Shown in pieces: positions 14,886 to 26,911 of a stretch of 64,000 nt of DNA. How positions within the stretch are numbered: the stretch's first letter is position 1; each line of letters opens with the position of its first letter. The notes under the pieces are model-generated. The model worked only from the letters and a program-made list of their open reading frames with translations, was not told the DNA's origin and did no database searches. Source of the DNA: an uncultured delta proteobacterium (GTDB taxonomy: Bacteria; Myxococcota_A; Polyangia; Palsa-1104). The DNA lies in the NCBI GenBank assembly GCA_963785725.1, contig CAWAWS010000016.1, positions 64,001 to 128,000 of the forward strand, read 5' to 3'. The translations under genes and the position numbers were made by a program.

Positions 14886-15268
14886 GAGCCCGATTTGGGC
14901 TCCGATTTGGCTTCCGACTTCGGCTCCGCGGCGATCTCTTTGAGCAGCCCGTCGACGAGCCGGGCGCGCTCGTCGGTGTCGTCGATCGAGAAGCGCACCT
15001 GCGGCGTCTTCTTCGAGTTCAACGACGCCGCCAGCTGGCGCCGCAAGAACGGCGTCGCCGACTCGAGCGCCTTCAAGACCTTGGCACGCTCTTTTTCGTC
15101 TTTCGTATCGACGAGAACCAGGATGTGCGCCGAGCCGAGATCGCCCGACAGCCGCACCTGCGTAATCGTGATGTCGACGTCGACGAGCCGCGGATCCTCG
15201 AGGTCGGGCAGGATGCCGACGAGCGCCTCGTGGATCGTGCGCGCAAAGCGCTCCGAGCGTTCTTTCAT
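14882..15268 (-). CDS. rbfA: Ribosome-binding factor A
   Basis: DPRL, ITQVRLSGDL, FLRRQLA, TPQVRF; downstream of infB. Confidence 0.93.
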   Translation of the reverse strand: MKERSERFARTIHEALVGILPDLEDPRLVDVDITITQVRLSGDLGSAHILVLVDTKDEKERAKVLKALESATPFLRRQLAASLNSKKTPQVRFSIDDTDERARLVDGLLKEIAAEPKSEAKSEPKSGS

Positions 15269-15275
15269 GATGCGG

Positions 15276-15608
15276 TCACTTCTCGGGTTCCCAATGCGAC
15301 GGCTCGCCGCCGACCTCGTCGCCGTATGTCACGTAATCCTGCTCGTCGTCGACGATCTTGGCGACCGCGAGGTTCTCGATGAAGTCCAGAATCTTCTGCA
15401 CCATCGACTGCGTGAAGCCGTACTCGTTGCTGACGACGGCGAAGCCGATCTCGGCCGACTGCCACGCATCTTGGTCGCCCACTTCGGCGATGGCGCAGTT
15501 GAATTTGTTGGCGACTCGGTCCTTGATGCGACGGAGCACCATTCGCTTTTCCTTCAGCGAATGGCTCTCCGGCACCATGATTGTGACGCGACAAACTCCG
15601 ACGACCAT
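15276..15608 (-). CDS. DUF503 (YlxP-like) protein
   Basis: MVVGV, SHSLKEKR, KFNCAIAEV-QDAWQ; between infB and rbfA. Confidence 0.9.
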   Translation of the reverse strand: MVVGVCRVTIMVPESHSLKEKRMVLRRIKDRVANKFNCAIAEVGDQDAWQSAEIGFAVVSNEYGFTQSMVQKILDFIENLAVAKIVDDEQDYVTYGDEVGGEPSHWEPEK

Positions 15609-15622
15609 TGATGCTCCGCGGC

Positions 15623-18439
15623 TTAATCCAGAGTGGCCGCGATCTCTTCGATTTCGTAAGCCTCGATGATGTCGCCCTCTTTGATGTCGTTGAAGCCTTC
15701 GAGCCCGATACCGCACTCGTAGCCCTGAACGACCTCGCGGACGTCATCCTTGAAGCGGCGCAGCGACGTGAGCTTGCCGATGTAGATCTGCACGGAGTCG
15801 CGCACGAGACGCATCTGCGAGTTGCGGCGGATGAGCCCCTCGGTCACGAACGAGCCGGCGATGGTGCCGAGCTTCGGGATGGTGAAGGTCATGCGGACCT
15901 CCGCCTTGCCGAGCGGCTTCTCGCGCTTGACCGGCGCCAGCAGGCCGGCCATCGCCTTCTTCACGTCGTCGAGCGCCTCGTAGATGATGTCGTAGAGCTT
16001 GATGTCGACACCCTCTTGCTCGGCGAGCTGCTGCGCCTTGCCCGCCGGACGCACGTGGAAGCCGACGATGATGGCGTTACCCGCGCGCGCCAGGTTGACG
16101 TCGGACTCGGTGATGCCGCCGACGCCGGCCGAGATGACGTCGACCTTGACCTGCGACGTCGCCAAGTTGATGAGCGAGCTCTTGAGCGCCTCGGTCGAGC
16201 CCTGCACGTCGGCCTTGAGGACGACCTTGAGCTCCTTGACCGCGCCCTCTTTGATGCGCTCGAGGATGTTCTCGAGCGACACCTTGGTGTTGGAGCCGAG
16301 CTCCTTCTTGCGGCGCGCATCGCGACGGTGATCGACGAGCTCTTTGGCCTGCTTCTCGTCGGCGACCGCGTTCAGGATCTCGCCGGCTTCGGGCACGCCC
16401 GACAGGCCGAGCACTTCGACCGGCGTCGACGGACCGACGTCGCCGAGCGTGCGCCCCTTGTCGTCGAGCATCGCGCGAACCTTGCCGATGAACTCGCCGG
16501 CGACGACGGTGTCGCCGATGTGCAGCGTGCCGTCCTGCACGAGCACCGTCGCCATCGGGCCGCGGTTGCGGTCGAGCTTGGCTTCGATGACCGTACCGCG
16601 CGCCGCCTTGTTCGGGTTGGCGCGCAGCTCGAGCAGCTCCGCCTGCAAGCTGATCATCTGCAACAGCTGCTCGATGCCGACCTTGGTGCGCGCCGAGACG
16701 TCGACGTAGATCGTCTCGCCGCCCCACGACTCGGGCAACAGGCCGTGATCCGACAGCTGCTGGCGAACCCGGTCCGGCGTCGCGCCGACTTTGTCGATCT
16801 TGTTGACCGCGACGATGATCGGCACTTCGGCGTTCTTGGCGTGGTTGAGCGCCTCGATCGTCGTCTGCATCACGCCGTCGTCGGCCGCGACCACCAGGAT
16901 GACGATGTCGGTCGCCTGGGCGCCGCGTGCACGCATGGCCGTGAAGGCTTCGTGGCCCGGCGTGTCGAGGAAGACGATCTCTTTGCCGTCGGGCGCCGTG
17001 ATCTTGTAGGCGCCGATGTGCTGGGTGATGCCGCCCGACTCGCCGGCCGCGACGTTGGCGTCGCGAATGGCGTCGAGGAGCGACGTCTTGCCGTGATCGA
17101 CGTGGCCCATGATGGTGACGACGGGCGCGCGCGGGACGAGATCTTCCTCGTTGTCCTCGCCGGTGACGAAGACGTCCGCCTCTTGGAAGGCCACGTTCTC
17201 GATCTCGAAGCCGAACTCGCCGGCCAAGAGAACGGCCGTGTCGTGGTCGATCGAGTTGTTGAGCATGATGCCGGTCATGCCCATGCTCCACAGCTTCTTG
17301 AGCACGTCCGGCGCCTTGACGCCCATGCCCTTGGCGATTTCGCCGACGGCGATGGTGTCGTCCATCTTGATGACGCGCTTGTGGGCGGCCGGCGTCGTGA
17401 TCTGCGTCTGCTTCTGCTTCTTGCCGATCTGCGGCTTCTTCTTGCCCTGCTGCTGACGGCCGAAGCGGTCGCGCTGACCGCCCGGCGCATCGCGGCGCTG
17501 ACCCGGCATCGGCCGCGTGTCGCGGGCAAACCGATCGCTCGGCGTCGCCTGACGAATCTCGATGCGCGGCAGCGGCAGCTCGATCACGCGGCCCGTCGGT
17601 CCGAGGCGCACCGGCTCCGGCTTCTTCGGCTCCGACGAGACTTCGCTGCCGTTGGTCGGCGAGGCGGTGGCCGACGGCGGCGGCGCTTGCGGAGCCGGCG
17701 GCGGGGTCATACGCACTTCGACGCGCGGCGTCTCGATGACACGCTCGCGCCCGCCGAGCGGACGCTCGGTCGTGCGGATCGTGACCACCGGCGCCTGCGG
17801 ACGCGGCGGCTGCTCGACGCGCTCGATGCGCTCGGGCTGCCGCTCGACACGCTCGGGCGCGCGCGGCGGCTCCGGCCGCACTTCGATTCTACGCGGCTCA
17901 CTCCGCGTCTCCCCCGTCGGCTCCAACGCATTCTCCTGCGTCGCGTGCGAGATCTTTTCGACGACCTCGTGCGCGACTTCCTGCACTTTGTGCACAACGT
18001 CGCTGACGACCTCTTTGGCTCGCGCCACAATCGTCGGCTGTTCTTCTTCGCGCGGCTGGCGCGGCGACGGCGTCGGCTCGCGGCGAGCCTCTTCGCGTAG
18101 CTCGCGCGGCGGCGCCGGTCGGCGCACGACCGCCGGCGGCGGCTCGGGCGGCGGCGCCGCCTGCCGGATTGGCTGACCATCCTTGCTACGTCGACGGATG
18201 ACGGTCGAGCTCAGCCGCTCCTCGACGAGGTTGGCCTGCCGCTCCTTATCGAGCGCACGCTTGACTCGGGCGACGTCGTCGGGGTCGAGGTTCGACATGT
18301 GGTTCTTCACCTCGATGCCGAGCGCGCGCACCTTCGCCACCAAATCCTTATTGGCGAGGCCAAGATCCTTAGCCACCTCATAGAGGCGCACTTTGCCTGC
18401 CTGATCCGCCGGAGTGTGACCTGTGCCGCCGCTGTTCAT
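15623..18439 (-). CDS. infB: Translation initiation factor IF-2
   Basis: N-terminal [52 protein letters not shown]. Confidence 0.98.
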   Translation of the reverse strand: MNSGGTGHTPADQAGKVRLYEVAKDLGLANKDLVAKVRALGIEVKNHMSNLDPDDVARVKRALDKERQANLVEERLSSTVIRRRSKDGQPIRQAAPPPEPPPAVVRRPAPPRELREEARREPTPSPRQPREEEQPTIVARAKEVVSDVVHKVQEVAHEVVEKISHATQENALEPTGETRSEPRRIEVRPEPPRAPERVERQPERIERVEQPPRPQAPVVTIRTTERPLGGRERVIETPRVEVRMTPPPAPQAPPPSATASPTNGSEVSSEPKKPEPVRLGPTGRVIELPLPRIEIRQATPSDRFARDTRPMPGQRRDAPGGQRDRFGRQQQGKKKPQIGKKQKQTQITTPAAHKRVIKMDDTIAVGEIAKGMGVKAPDVLKKLWSMGMTGIMLNNSIDHDTAVLLAGEFGFEIENVAFQEADVFVTGEDNEEDLVPRAPVVTIMGHVDHGKTSLLDAIRDANVAAGESGGITQHIGAYKITAPDGKEIVFLDTPGHEAFTAMRARGAQATDIVILVVAADDGVMQTTIEALNHAKNAEVPIIVAVNKIDKVGATPDRVRQQLSDHGLLPESWGGETIYVDVSARTKVGIEQLLQMISLQAELLELRANPNKAARGTVIEAKLDRNRGPMATVLVQDGTLHIGDTVVAGEFIGKVRAMLDDKGRTLGDVGPSTPVEVLGLSGVPEAGEILNAVADEKQAKELVDHRRDARRKKELGSNTKVSLENILERIKEGAVKELKVVLKADVQGSTEALKSSLINLATSQVKVDVISAGVGGITESDVNLARAGNAIIVGFHVRPAGKAQQLAEQEGVDIKLYDIIYEALDDVKKAMAGLLAPVKREKPLGKAEVRMTFTIPKLGTIAGSFVTEGLIRRNSQMRLVRDSVQIYIGKLTSLRRFKDDVREVVQGYECGIGLEGFNDIKEGDIIEAYEIEEIAATLD

Positions 18440-18696
18440 GCTCTCAATCCCTTATCCTCGACCAATTGCCACAGCCGTTCTGCGTCGAGCGGTTGGGTTC
18501 GTCTGCGAAACGATCTGGAAAACCCGCCGCGCACCGCGGCTTCAACACACTTCCGAGACCGATGAACATAAGCTCCTCGGCCCGACTGCGCTCGGTCTTC
18601 GTCGATCTTGATTCTGCCGCTCGGCTCCGCCACCCAGCGCAACAGCTTTGCCTGTTCATCGGTCTTCTGGCAACCGACACAGGTGCGCGTGGGCAT
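18436..18696 (-). CDS. ylxR: YlxR (DUF448) RNA-binding protein
   Basis: [19 protein letters not shown]; between nusA and infB. Confidence 0.9.
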   Translation of the reverse strand: MPTRTCVGCQKTDEQAKLLRWVAEPSGRIKIDEDRAQSGRGAYVHRSRKCVEAAVRGGFSRSFRRRTQPLDAERLWQLVEDKGLRA

Positions 18697-18729
18697 TGTC
18701 GTCGAACGTCCGTCCGCTTCCTCCGCCTC

Positions 18730-20151
<1,422 letters not shown>

Positions 20152-20166
20152 TTTCGTCCCTTTTCC

Positions 20167-20628
20167 CTAGAACTCGTAAACCAGATTCGCTTTTTCCACG
20201 TCATCGACGGGAACCTCGCAGACCTGGTCACCGACGTCGATCTTGACCTTGCCAGCCTCGACGGCGACCAGCGTCCCCGAGAAGTTGCGTCGCGTATCGC
20301 CCACCGGACGGCGGGTTCGAATCTTGGCCTTCTTACCGATGAAGCGCTCGAAATCTGCTGCTTTTTTCAACGGTCGATTGAGCCCGGGCGACGAAACTTC
20401 GAGGCTGTAGGCGACGGGGATGGTGTCTTCGACATCCAACACCGCAGAGAGCTCACGGCTGACATTGGCACAGTCGTCGAGGCCCACGGCGGAAGAAGGT
20501 TTGTCGATGAAGACGCGCAAGATCCAGCCCGACTCGTTCTTCCACTCGACGTCGACAAGCTCGTAGCCCTGACCCGTAATCACGGGCTCGATGACTCGGC
20601 TGAGCTTGTCCACGTCCACCGGTTTCAT
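20167..20628 (-). CDS. rimP: Ribosome maturation factor RimP
   Basis: [43 protein letters not shown]. Confidence 0.95.
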   Translation of the reverse strand: MKPVDVDKLSRVIEPVITGQGYELVDVEWKNESGWILRVFIDKPSSAVGLDDCANVSRELSAVLDVEDTIPVAYSLEVSSPGLNRPLKKAADFERFIGKKAKIRTRRPVGDTRRNFSGTLVAVEAGKVKIDVGDQVCEVPVDDVEKANLVYEF

Positions 20629-20644
20629 TCCGTTGAGAACCCCA

Positions 20645-20677
20645 AAATTAAAAAAGTGGGCCGCGAAGCCCACTTTT
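20645..20677 (-). terminator. Intrinsic terminator / attenuator in the rimP leader
   Basis: Minus strand AAAAGTGGGC-TTCGCG-GCCCACTTTTTTAATTT: hairpin plus U-tract between promoter and rimP start. Confidence 0.8.
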
Positions 20678-20702
20678 GGTCATTCACCAAAAATGTAGAG
20701 GG

Positions 20703-20731
20703 GTCCTACCATGATGGGTAAACACAGGCAA
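20703..20731 (-). promoter_or_regulatory. Putative sigma70 promoter of the rimP-nusA-infB operon
   Basis: TTGCCT-17 nt-TAGGAC with TGn extension. Confidence 0.5.
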
Positions 20732-20754
20732 GGTTTTTATGGTAACAGGCGGGC

Positions 20755-21615
20755 ATGCGCATGCTGGCCGCAGTAGCCCAGATGACGTCGGGGAGCGACT
20801 TGCGCGCGAACCTGACGAAGGCGCGGGAGCTCATCGCGGATGCGGCGCGACGCGGGGCCGAGCTGGTCGTCCTGCCCGAGAACTTCGCGCTCATGGGCGA
20901 AGCCGAGCAGGACAAGTTCGCGGTCGCCGAGCCGGTGCCGGGCGAAGGTGCCATTTTGACGGCCATGCGGCAAGCGGCGCGTGATCATAAAGTGGCGCTG
21001 GTGCTCGGCGGCATGCCGGAGGCCATCCTTGCGCCCGAAGGGCGCGGTCTCGCCGCGGGGAGCGGCGAGGCGACGACCGCGACGCACGTCTTCAACACGT
21101 CGGTCTACGTCGACGCGAACGGCGAGCTGCGCGGGATCTATCGCAAGATCCACCTGTTCGACGTGGCGATTCCCGATGGCGCGACCTATCGCGAGTCGGC
21201 TTCGGTGGCGCCGGGGCATGACGTCATCGCGGTCGAGACGCCGTGGGGTCGGCTCGGCATGACCATCTGTTACGACGTGCGCTTCCCCGAGCTGTACCGC
21301 GCGCTGTCGAACGCGGGGACGCGGATGGTGACGGTGCCGGCGGCGTTCACGCTGCACACCGGGCGCGCGCATTGGCATCCGCTCTTGCGGGCGCGGGCGA
21401 TCGAGAACCTCTCGTTCGTGCTGGCGGCGGCTCAGTTCGGTCGGCACAACAGCGGCAAGCGCGTGACGTTCGGCCACGCCTGCATCATCGATCCGTGGGG
21501 TCAGGTGTTGGCGGAGGTGGGTGACCGCGAGGGCGTCGCCGTGGCCGAGCTCGACTTCGACTACCAAGATCGGCTGCGCGCCGAGCTACCCGCGCTCGGC
21601 CATCGCCGTCTCTAG
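20755..21615 (+). CDS. Carbon-nitrogen hydrolase, Nit1-type (deaminated glutathione amidase-like)
   Basis: Triad E (LPENF), K (YRKIHLFDV), C (ICYDVRFPE); PAAFT, RARAIEN, IDPWG. Confidence 0.9.
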   Translation: MRMLAAVAQMTSGSDLRANLTKARELIADAARRGAELVVLPENFALMGEAEQDKFAVAEPVPGEGAILTAMRQAARDHKVALVLGGMPEAILAPEGRGLAAGSGEATTATHVFNTSVYVDANGELRGIYRKIHLFDVAIPDGATYRESASVAPGHDVIAVETPWGRLGMTICYDVRFPELYRALSNAGTRMVTVPAAFTLHTGRAHWHPLLRARAIENLSFVLAAAQFGRHNSGKRVTFGHACIIDPWGQVLAEVGDREGVAVAELDFDYQDRLRAELPALGHRRL

Positions 21616-21670
21616 TATTCCGCCCGAGCCAGGCCCTTTCGGGCCCGCAGCAGGCTTGCCGACGGGAGAG

Positions 21671-22093
21671 CTAGTTGGTTTTGACTTCGCGGTAGGCGCG
21701 GCCGGCGAGGATGACGTGGCGGCGGGCGTGCGAGCCGTCGCGCGGCGGGTCGATGACGTCGAGCGCGACGACGTTGGCGCCGAGCGCCGCCGCTTGCCGC
21801 TGCAAGGCTTCGTCGGCTTTGACGGCGTCGGCGACGATGTCGCTCGAGGTCGACGTCGCTTCGACGCGGCCGACGAACTTGTACCGATTGGCCGTTGGAC
21901 GCTTCGCCAGGATCTTGACCGACGAGCCACCGAGCAGCGGCGCCTTCGTCGACGCGGCCGCGGTGGCCGTCGCCGGCGAGTCGTCGGCTTCGGACGGCCG
22001 AGCGCGGCGGGCCGCGGCGTCATGCTTCGTCGAGCTCGTGGCGCAGCCGACCAAAGAAGCGCCAACCGCAACCGTCATTAACCAGGTTCGCAT
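21671..22093 (-). CDS. Lipoprotein with disordered linker and small YbjQ/RcsF/DUF4156-like domain
   Basis: Lipobox LVGC; Ala/Ser/Thr linker; ALQRQAAALGANVV...LAGRAY pattern. Confidence 0.65.
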   Translation of the reverse strand: MRTWLMTVAVGASLVGCATSSTKHDAAARRARPSEADDSPATATAAASTKAPLLGGSSVKILAKRPTANRYKFVGRVEATSTSSDIVADAVKADEALQRQAAALGANVVALDVIDPPRDGSHARRHVILAGRAYREVKTN

Positions 22094-22111
22094 GTGGCAG
22101 CTTATGCCACA
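22093..22111. promoter_or_regulatory. Palindromic operator-like site over the -10 and start of the lipoprotein gene
   Basis: TGTGGCA-N5-TGCCACA perfect 7-bp inverted repeat enclosing minus-strand TAAGCT. Confidence 0.45.
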
Positions 22112-22215
22112 GGTAGCGTAATTACGGCAAGGGGGGCCCCGCCCAATCGGACATCTGTTGGAAACTTACGCGAAAACGTTACGGGGGATCTTGCGGAAGA
22201 ATGAAGCGATCGGGC

Positions 22216-23380
22216 TTAGGCGCGCTCGATGACGGCTGCGGCGCCCATGCCGCCGCCGATGCACATGCTGACGATGCCGTAGCGGCCTTTGCGGCGCTGT
22301 AGCTCGTGCAGGATGGTCAGCGTCAAGCGCGCGCCCGAGACGCCGAGCGGATGGCCGAGCGCGATGGCGCCGCCGTTGACGTTGAGCTTCTCGGGATCGA
22401 CGCCGAGCTCGCGCGCGCAGTAGAGCGCCTGCGCCGCGAAGGCCTCGTTGAGCTCGAAGAGATCGATGTCTTCGATCTTCAGCCCCGCGAGCTTGAGCAC
22501 CTTGCGCACCGCCGGAACCGGGCCGATGCCCATGATCTCGGGCGGCACGCCGGCGACGGCGAACGCGCGGAAGAAGCCGAGCGGCTGGATGCCGAGCGCC
22601 TTGGCGCGCTCGCCCGAGGTCAGCACGAGCGCCGCGGCGCCGTCGGTGAGCGGCGACGAGTTGCCGGCCGTGACCGAGCCCGTCGGGATCGAACGCCGGC
22701 TTGAGCGTCGACAGCTTCTCGAGCGTCGTGTCGGCGCGCGGATATTCGTCCTTGGAGACGGTGATCTCTTGGACGTTGTCCTCGCCTTCGTAGATCGACG
22801 TCTTGACCGCGAGGATCTCGGCGTCGAGCTTGCCCGACGCTTGCGCGGCCAACGCCCGCTGATGCGAGCGCAGCGCGAACTCGTCCTGATCCTTGCGCGA
22901 CACGCCGAACTGGCGCGCGATGTTCTCCGCCGTCACGCCCATCGGCGTGTAGACGGCGGGGATGCGCTCGACGACGTCGGGGTTCATCGAGGGCTTGTTG
23001 CCGCCCATCGGAATCATCGACATCGTCTCCACGCCGCCGGCGACGCCGACTTCGTAGGCGCCCATCGCGATGCGGTCGGCGATCTGCGAGATCGACTGCA
23101 CGCCCGAGGCGCAGAAGCGGTTGACGGTGAGGCCGGGCACGTCGACCGGCAAGCCGGCCGCGAGCGCGGCGATGCGGGCGACGTTCATGCCCTGCTCGGC
23201 CTCGGGCATGGCGCAGCCGAGGATGACGTCGCCGATCTCGCCGGGCTCGACTTTGCCGCGCTTGACGGCCTCGGCGATGACGACGGCGGCCAACGTGTCG
23301 GGGCGCGTGTCCTTGAAGCCGCCCTTGTTGGCGCGGGCGAAGGGCGTCCGAACTCCTGAAACAATCGCTACGTCTTTCAT
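22216..23380 (-). CDS. fadA: Acetyl-CoA C-acyltransferase (thiolase), one +1 frameshift near 22686
   Basis: [38 protein letters not shown]; removing one base gives 387 aa. Confidence 0.92.
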
Positions 23381-23396
23381 GGCTCGTTCCGCCTTT

Positions 23397-25736
23397 CTAG
23401 TTCCGGAGAGGCTTGTTGTTCATGAGCATGTACTGCATGCGCTCGCGCGTCTTCTCGGTGCCGCACAGCGAGAGGAAGGCCTCGCGCTCGAGGTCGAGGA
23501 CGTGCTGCTCGTGCACGCGCACCGTCGGCGCCGTCTTGCCGCCGGTGAGCACCCAGGCCAATTTGGAGCCGACGAGGACGTCGTGCTCGCTGATCTGGTG
23601 CGCTTCTTTCATCATCTGCAAGGTCGAGCGCAAGGTCGCGTAGCCCGAGGTTCCCGGCAGGCGGAACGTGCGCGGCCGCGCCGGCCGATAGCCCGCGCGC
23701 GCCAGACCGAGCGCCGTCTGCTTGGCGTCGTGGATCAGGAAGTCGCGGTTGAGCGTCACGCCGTCCGACGGCGCGCAGCATGCCCATCGCGCGCGCCTCT
23801 TCGGCCGACATCGAGACCTTGCCGAGCGCGATCTGCATGAAGATCTTCTTCACGTAGCCGAACGGATCCATGTCGTCGGGGATGTCGCCGAGATGGCGCG
23901 CCAAGCAGCTCCTTGCAGCCGCCGCCGGCCGGAATGAGGCCGACGCCCGCTTCGACGAGGCCCATGTAGAGCTCGGCGTTGGCGCGCGCCACGGCGCCGT
24001 GCATGGCGATCTCGGCGCCGCCGCCGAGCGCCAGGCCGAACGGCGCCGTCACCGTCGGCACCGAGGCGTAGCGCAGCCGCTGCATCGACTGCTGCAGGCC
24101 GTGCACCATGTCCTCGATCGCCTTCCAGTTGCCCTGCCCCGCCGCCATCGACGACGAGGAAGATGTTGGCGCCGGCCGAGAAGGCCATCGGGTCGTGGTT
24201 GCCGACGACGAGGCCGTCGAACTGCTCCTCGGCGATGTCGATGCTCTTGTTGAACGCGGCGACGACGTCGGCGTCGATGGCGTTCATCTTGGTGTGCAGC
24301 TCGAGGCCGGCGATGCGGTCGCCCAAGTCGTAGAGCGTCGCGCCGTCGTTCTCGAACACGACGCCGCCCTTCTTGCGCACGGCCGGCAGCTGGATCTCGC
24401 GCGCCGGAACCGGAATCGGCTTCGACGACTTGGACGTGACGTCCCAGTAAGTGCCGTCGACGAAGAAGCTCGCGCGACCGGCCTTGACCATGTCGTTGAC
24501 CCACGCCGCGGGCTTGATGCCGAGCTTCTGCATCTCGTCGAAGCCCTTCTGCACGCCGACGGCGTCCCAGGTCTCGAACGGGCCGACGTCCCAGCCGAAG
24601 CCCCAGCGCATGCCGCGATCGATGTTGACGATGTCGTCGGCGATCTCGCCGACGCGGTGCGACGCGTACGCCAGCGTGGCGTAGGTGACCTTGCGCGCCA
24701 GCTCGGCCGCGCGGTCGTCGCCGGCGAGCAACGTGCGGATGCGATCGCCGACCGCGCCCGCCTTCTTGGCCGCGCCCACCGACGCGAAGCGCGGCTTCTG
24801 CTGCGCGCGGTACTGCAGCGTCTTCCAGTCGAGCGCGACGATGCCGGCCGGCGTCTTCTTCATGAAGCCGCCGCCGGTCTTGTCGCCGAGCATCTTGCGC
24901 TCGACCATCTGCTCGAGGATCGCCGGGACCTTGAAGTCCTCGCGGCGCTCGTCCTTGGTCAGGCTGTCGTAGCAGTTCTGCGCGACGTGGATGATCGTGT
25001 CGAGACCGACGATGTCGGCGGTGCGGAAGACGGCGGACTTCGGACGACCGAGCGGCGTGCCGAAGATCGCGTCGACCTCTTCGATCGTGTAGCCCTCGTC
25101 GATGGCGATCTTGATGAGGTGCATCATCGCGAACACGCCGATGCGGTTGGCGACGAAGTTGGGCGTGTCCTTGCCGAAGACGATGCCCTTGCCGAGCGTC
25201 GTCTCGCCGAAGCTGACCACCTTGGCGACGACGGCCGGATCGGCGTCGGGGCTGGAGATGATCTCGAGCAGCTTCATGTAGCGCACGGGGTTGAAGAAGT
25301 GCATGACCAAAAAGTGCTTCTTGAACGACGCCGAGCGCCCTTCGGTCATCTGCGCGATCGGCAGGCCCGAGGTGTTCGACGCCACGATCGTGTGCGCGTC
25401 GAGCAGCGGCTCGAGCTTGGCGAAGAGCGCCTTTTTGACGGCGAGATCTTCTTTGACGACCTCGATGACGAGATCACATCGCCCGGCTTTGTCGAGATCG
25501 TCCTCGAGGTTGCCGACGGTGATGAGATCGGCGTCGCGCGTCGTGAAGAACGCGGCCGGCTTCGACTTGAGCGCCTTGTCCTTGCCGCCCTGCGAAAACG
25601 CGTTGCGACCGCCCTTGCCGTCGGGAGGCACGATGTCGAGCAGAAGCACCTGGATGCCGGCGCCGGCGAGGTGCGCGGCGATGCCGGAGCCCATGACGCC
25701 CGCGCCCAGGACTGCGACCTTCTTGAACTCTGCCAT
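23397..25736 (-). CDS. fadN: 3-hydroxyacyl-CoA dehydrogenase/enoyl-CoA hydratase (FadN-type), three +1 frameshifts near 24150, 23905 and 23772
   Basis: GAGVMGSGIA, SNTSG, HFFNPVRYM, KDTPNFVANRIG, FSAGAN, LGGGAE, GLVEAGVGLIPAGGG, KPLRN end; repaired length 778 aa. Confidence 0.9.
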
Positions 25737-25850
25737 GTTGGTTTTGTCCTCTTACCGTCTCGTTCTTCTTGGGGAGCCGCGACTCTTCGAAAGTGCGCGC
25801 TCCAGTTTGCCACCGATTGTGCGGCGCGCGAACGGCGGTTGGTCGCGTGA

Positions 25851-25865
25851 CTGACCGCCGGTCAG
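25851..25865. promoter_or_regulatory. Palindromic operator just downstream of the fadN promoter
   Basis: CTGACCG-C-CGGTCAG perfect 7-bp inverted repeat. Confidence 0.55.
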
Positions 25866-25873
25866 CGTTTGAA

Positions 25874-25902
25874 ACCGTAATGCAGCGGCGCGTCATGGTC
25901 AA
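25874..25902 (-). promoter_or_regulatory. Sigma70 promoter of fadN-fadA
   Basis: TTGACC-17 nt-TACGGT on the minus strand. Confidence 0.65.
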
Positions 25903-25908
25903 CAGCGC

Positions 25909-25924
25909 TGGCACGCCGGATGCT
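25909..25924 (+). promoter_or_regulatory. Sigma54 (-24/-12) promoter of the PilZ gene
   Basis: TGGCACG-CCGG-ATGCT with exact GG-N10-GC spacing. Confidence 0.65.
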
Positions 25925-25936
25925 CAAGGAAGCGCC

Positions 25937-26338
25937 GTGGGTGACCTAAAACAGATGCGATTCGAAACGCGACAGGTGGTTCGGTATCACGTGCTCGAGC
26001 TGCAAGGCGACACGCTGCAGATGGCGCGCATCGGGACGACGCTGGCCAGCGACATCTCGCTGAGCGGCCTGTTCCTCTCGCACACGAAGCTCGACCCTGG
26101 TCTACGTGTGCATTTTTACTTCGAATTGCCCGACGGCTACTTGGAGGCGGTGGGCAAGGTCGTGCACAACCAGCCGCGCATCGACTCGACCGGCGTGACG
26201 CGTCCGGGCTCGGGCGTGCGCTTCATCCGCATGACCGAAGGCGATCACGCGCGGCTGCAGACGTTCCTCGAAGGACGTCGGCCGAGTCTTCGATTTTCGG
26301 AGAACCGGGGCCAAATGACCCTAGCGGCTGGCGGCTAG
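25937..26338 (+). CDS. Stand-alone PilZ-domain protein
   Basis: RFETR (RxxxR) and DISLSG (DxSxxG), GKVVH, GVRF; start GTG 25937 or ATG 25955. Confidence 0.85.
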   Translation: MGDLKQMRFETRQVVRYHVLELQGDTLQMARIGTTLASDISLSGLFLSHTKLDPGLRVHFYFELPDGYLEAVGKVVHNQPRIDSTGVTRPGSGVRFIRMTEGDHARLQTFLEGRRPSLRFSENRGQMTLAAGG

Positions 26339-26367
26339 CTGAAGCCGAAAGCGCGAACGAAGCGGAG

Positions 26368-26706
26368 CTACTCTTCCTTCTTCTTGCGCTTGAACTTGGT
26401 GGCGTCGATTTTTTCCGACAGCTTCTCGAGACGCAGCTTGAGCGACGCGATCTCGCCGTCGATGGGCGCGCGCACGCGAGCGATGGTCGCCTTGACGCCG
26501 TCGTCGATCTTGCGCTCGAACTCTTCGCGGTTCTTCTTCACGCGGCTGATGAGCTCGGCGGCGAGGTTCGCGTCGGGCTGCAGGCCCAGCGACTCATAGA
26601 ACCGCTTCTGCACTTCCGACTCGGCGCTGTTGATGGCGCCGGTCAATGCGAACCAAGCCTCGCGCAACGCGATCAAGGGCGTGCGCTTTTCTTTGTCGTC
26701 GGCCAT
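26368..26706 (-). CDS. Coiled-coil protein, phasin (PhaF/PhaI)-like
   Basis: Amphipathic helices, AWFALTGA, EIASLKLRLEKLSEKI, basic tail. Confidence 0.55.
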   Translation of the reverse strand: MADDKEKRTPLIALREAWFALTGAINSAESEVQKRFYESLGLQPDANLAAELISRVKKNREEFERKIDDGVKATIARVRAPIDGEIASLKLRLEKLSEKIDATKFKRKKKEE

Positions 26707-26713
26707 TCAATGC

Positions 26714-26911
26714 TCACTTACGCGGTGTGTCATGTGAAGTCAAGTCGGTCGTCGTCCGCGCGTCGACGCCGCCATCGGTCGTAAGAGGGCCGATCGCTTG
26801 AAACAGGTTGCCCATGGCCGTGCCGCACCGACGCTGCATGACCAACACGGCGACGAGGAGCGCTACCATCGTCATGATGGTGATGACCTGACGGATGGGA
26901 ATGTTACGCAT
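26714..26911 (-). CDS. Small single-TM hypothetical protein
   Basis: Hydrophobic VITIMTMVALLVAVLVM; overlaps recJ end by 8 nt and ends 7 nt before the next gene. Confidence 0.6.
   Translation of the reverse strand: MRNIPIRQVITIMTMVALLVAVLVMQRRCGTAMGNLFQAIGPLTTDGGVDARTTTDLTSHDTPRK

Noticed and set aside
14890..14925. Three 12-bp tandem repeats at the end of rbfA
   Set aside because: Encodes a low-complexity EPKS/EAKS tail; not a CRISPR or mobile repeat
17560..18180. Pro/Arg/Glu-rich insert in IF-2
   Set aside because: Variable low-complexity N-terminal regions are normal for IF-2
22216..25736. fadN/fadA as pseudogenes or programmed frameshifts
   Set aside because: Catalytic motifs are intact, there are no slippery heptamers or nonsense codons, and the same +1 pattern occurs elsewhere
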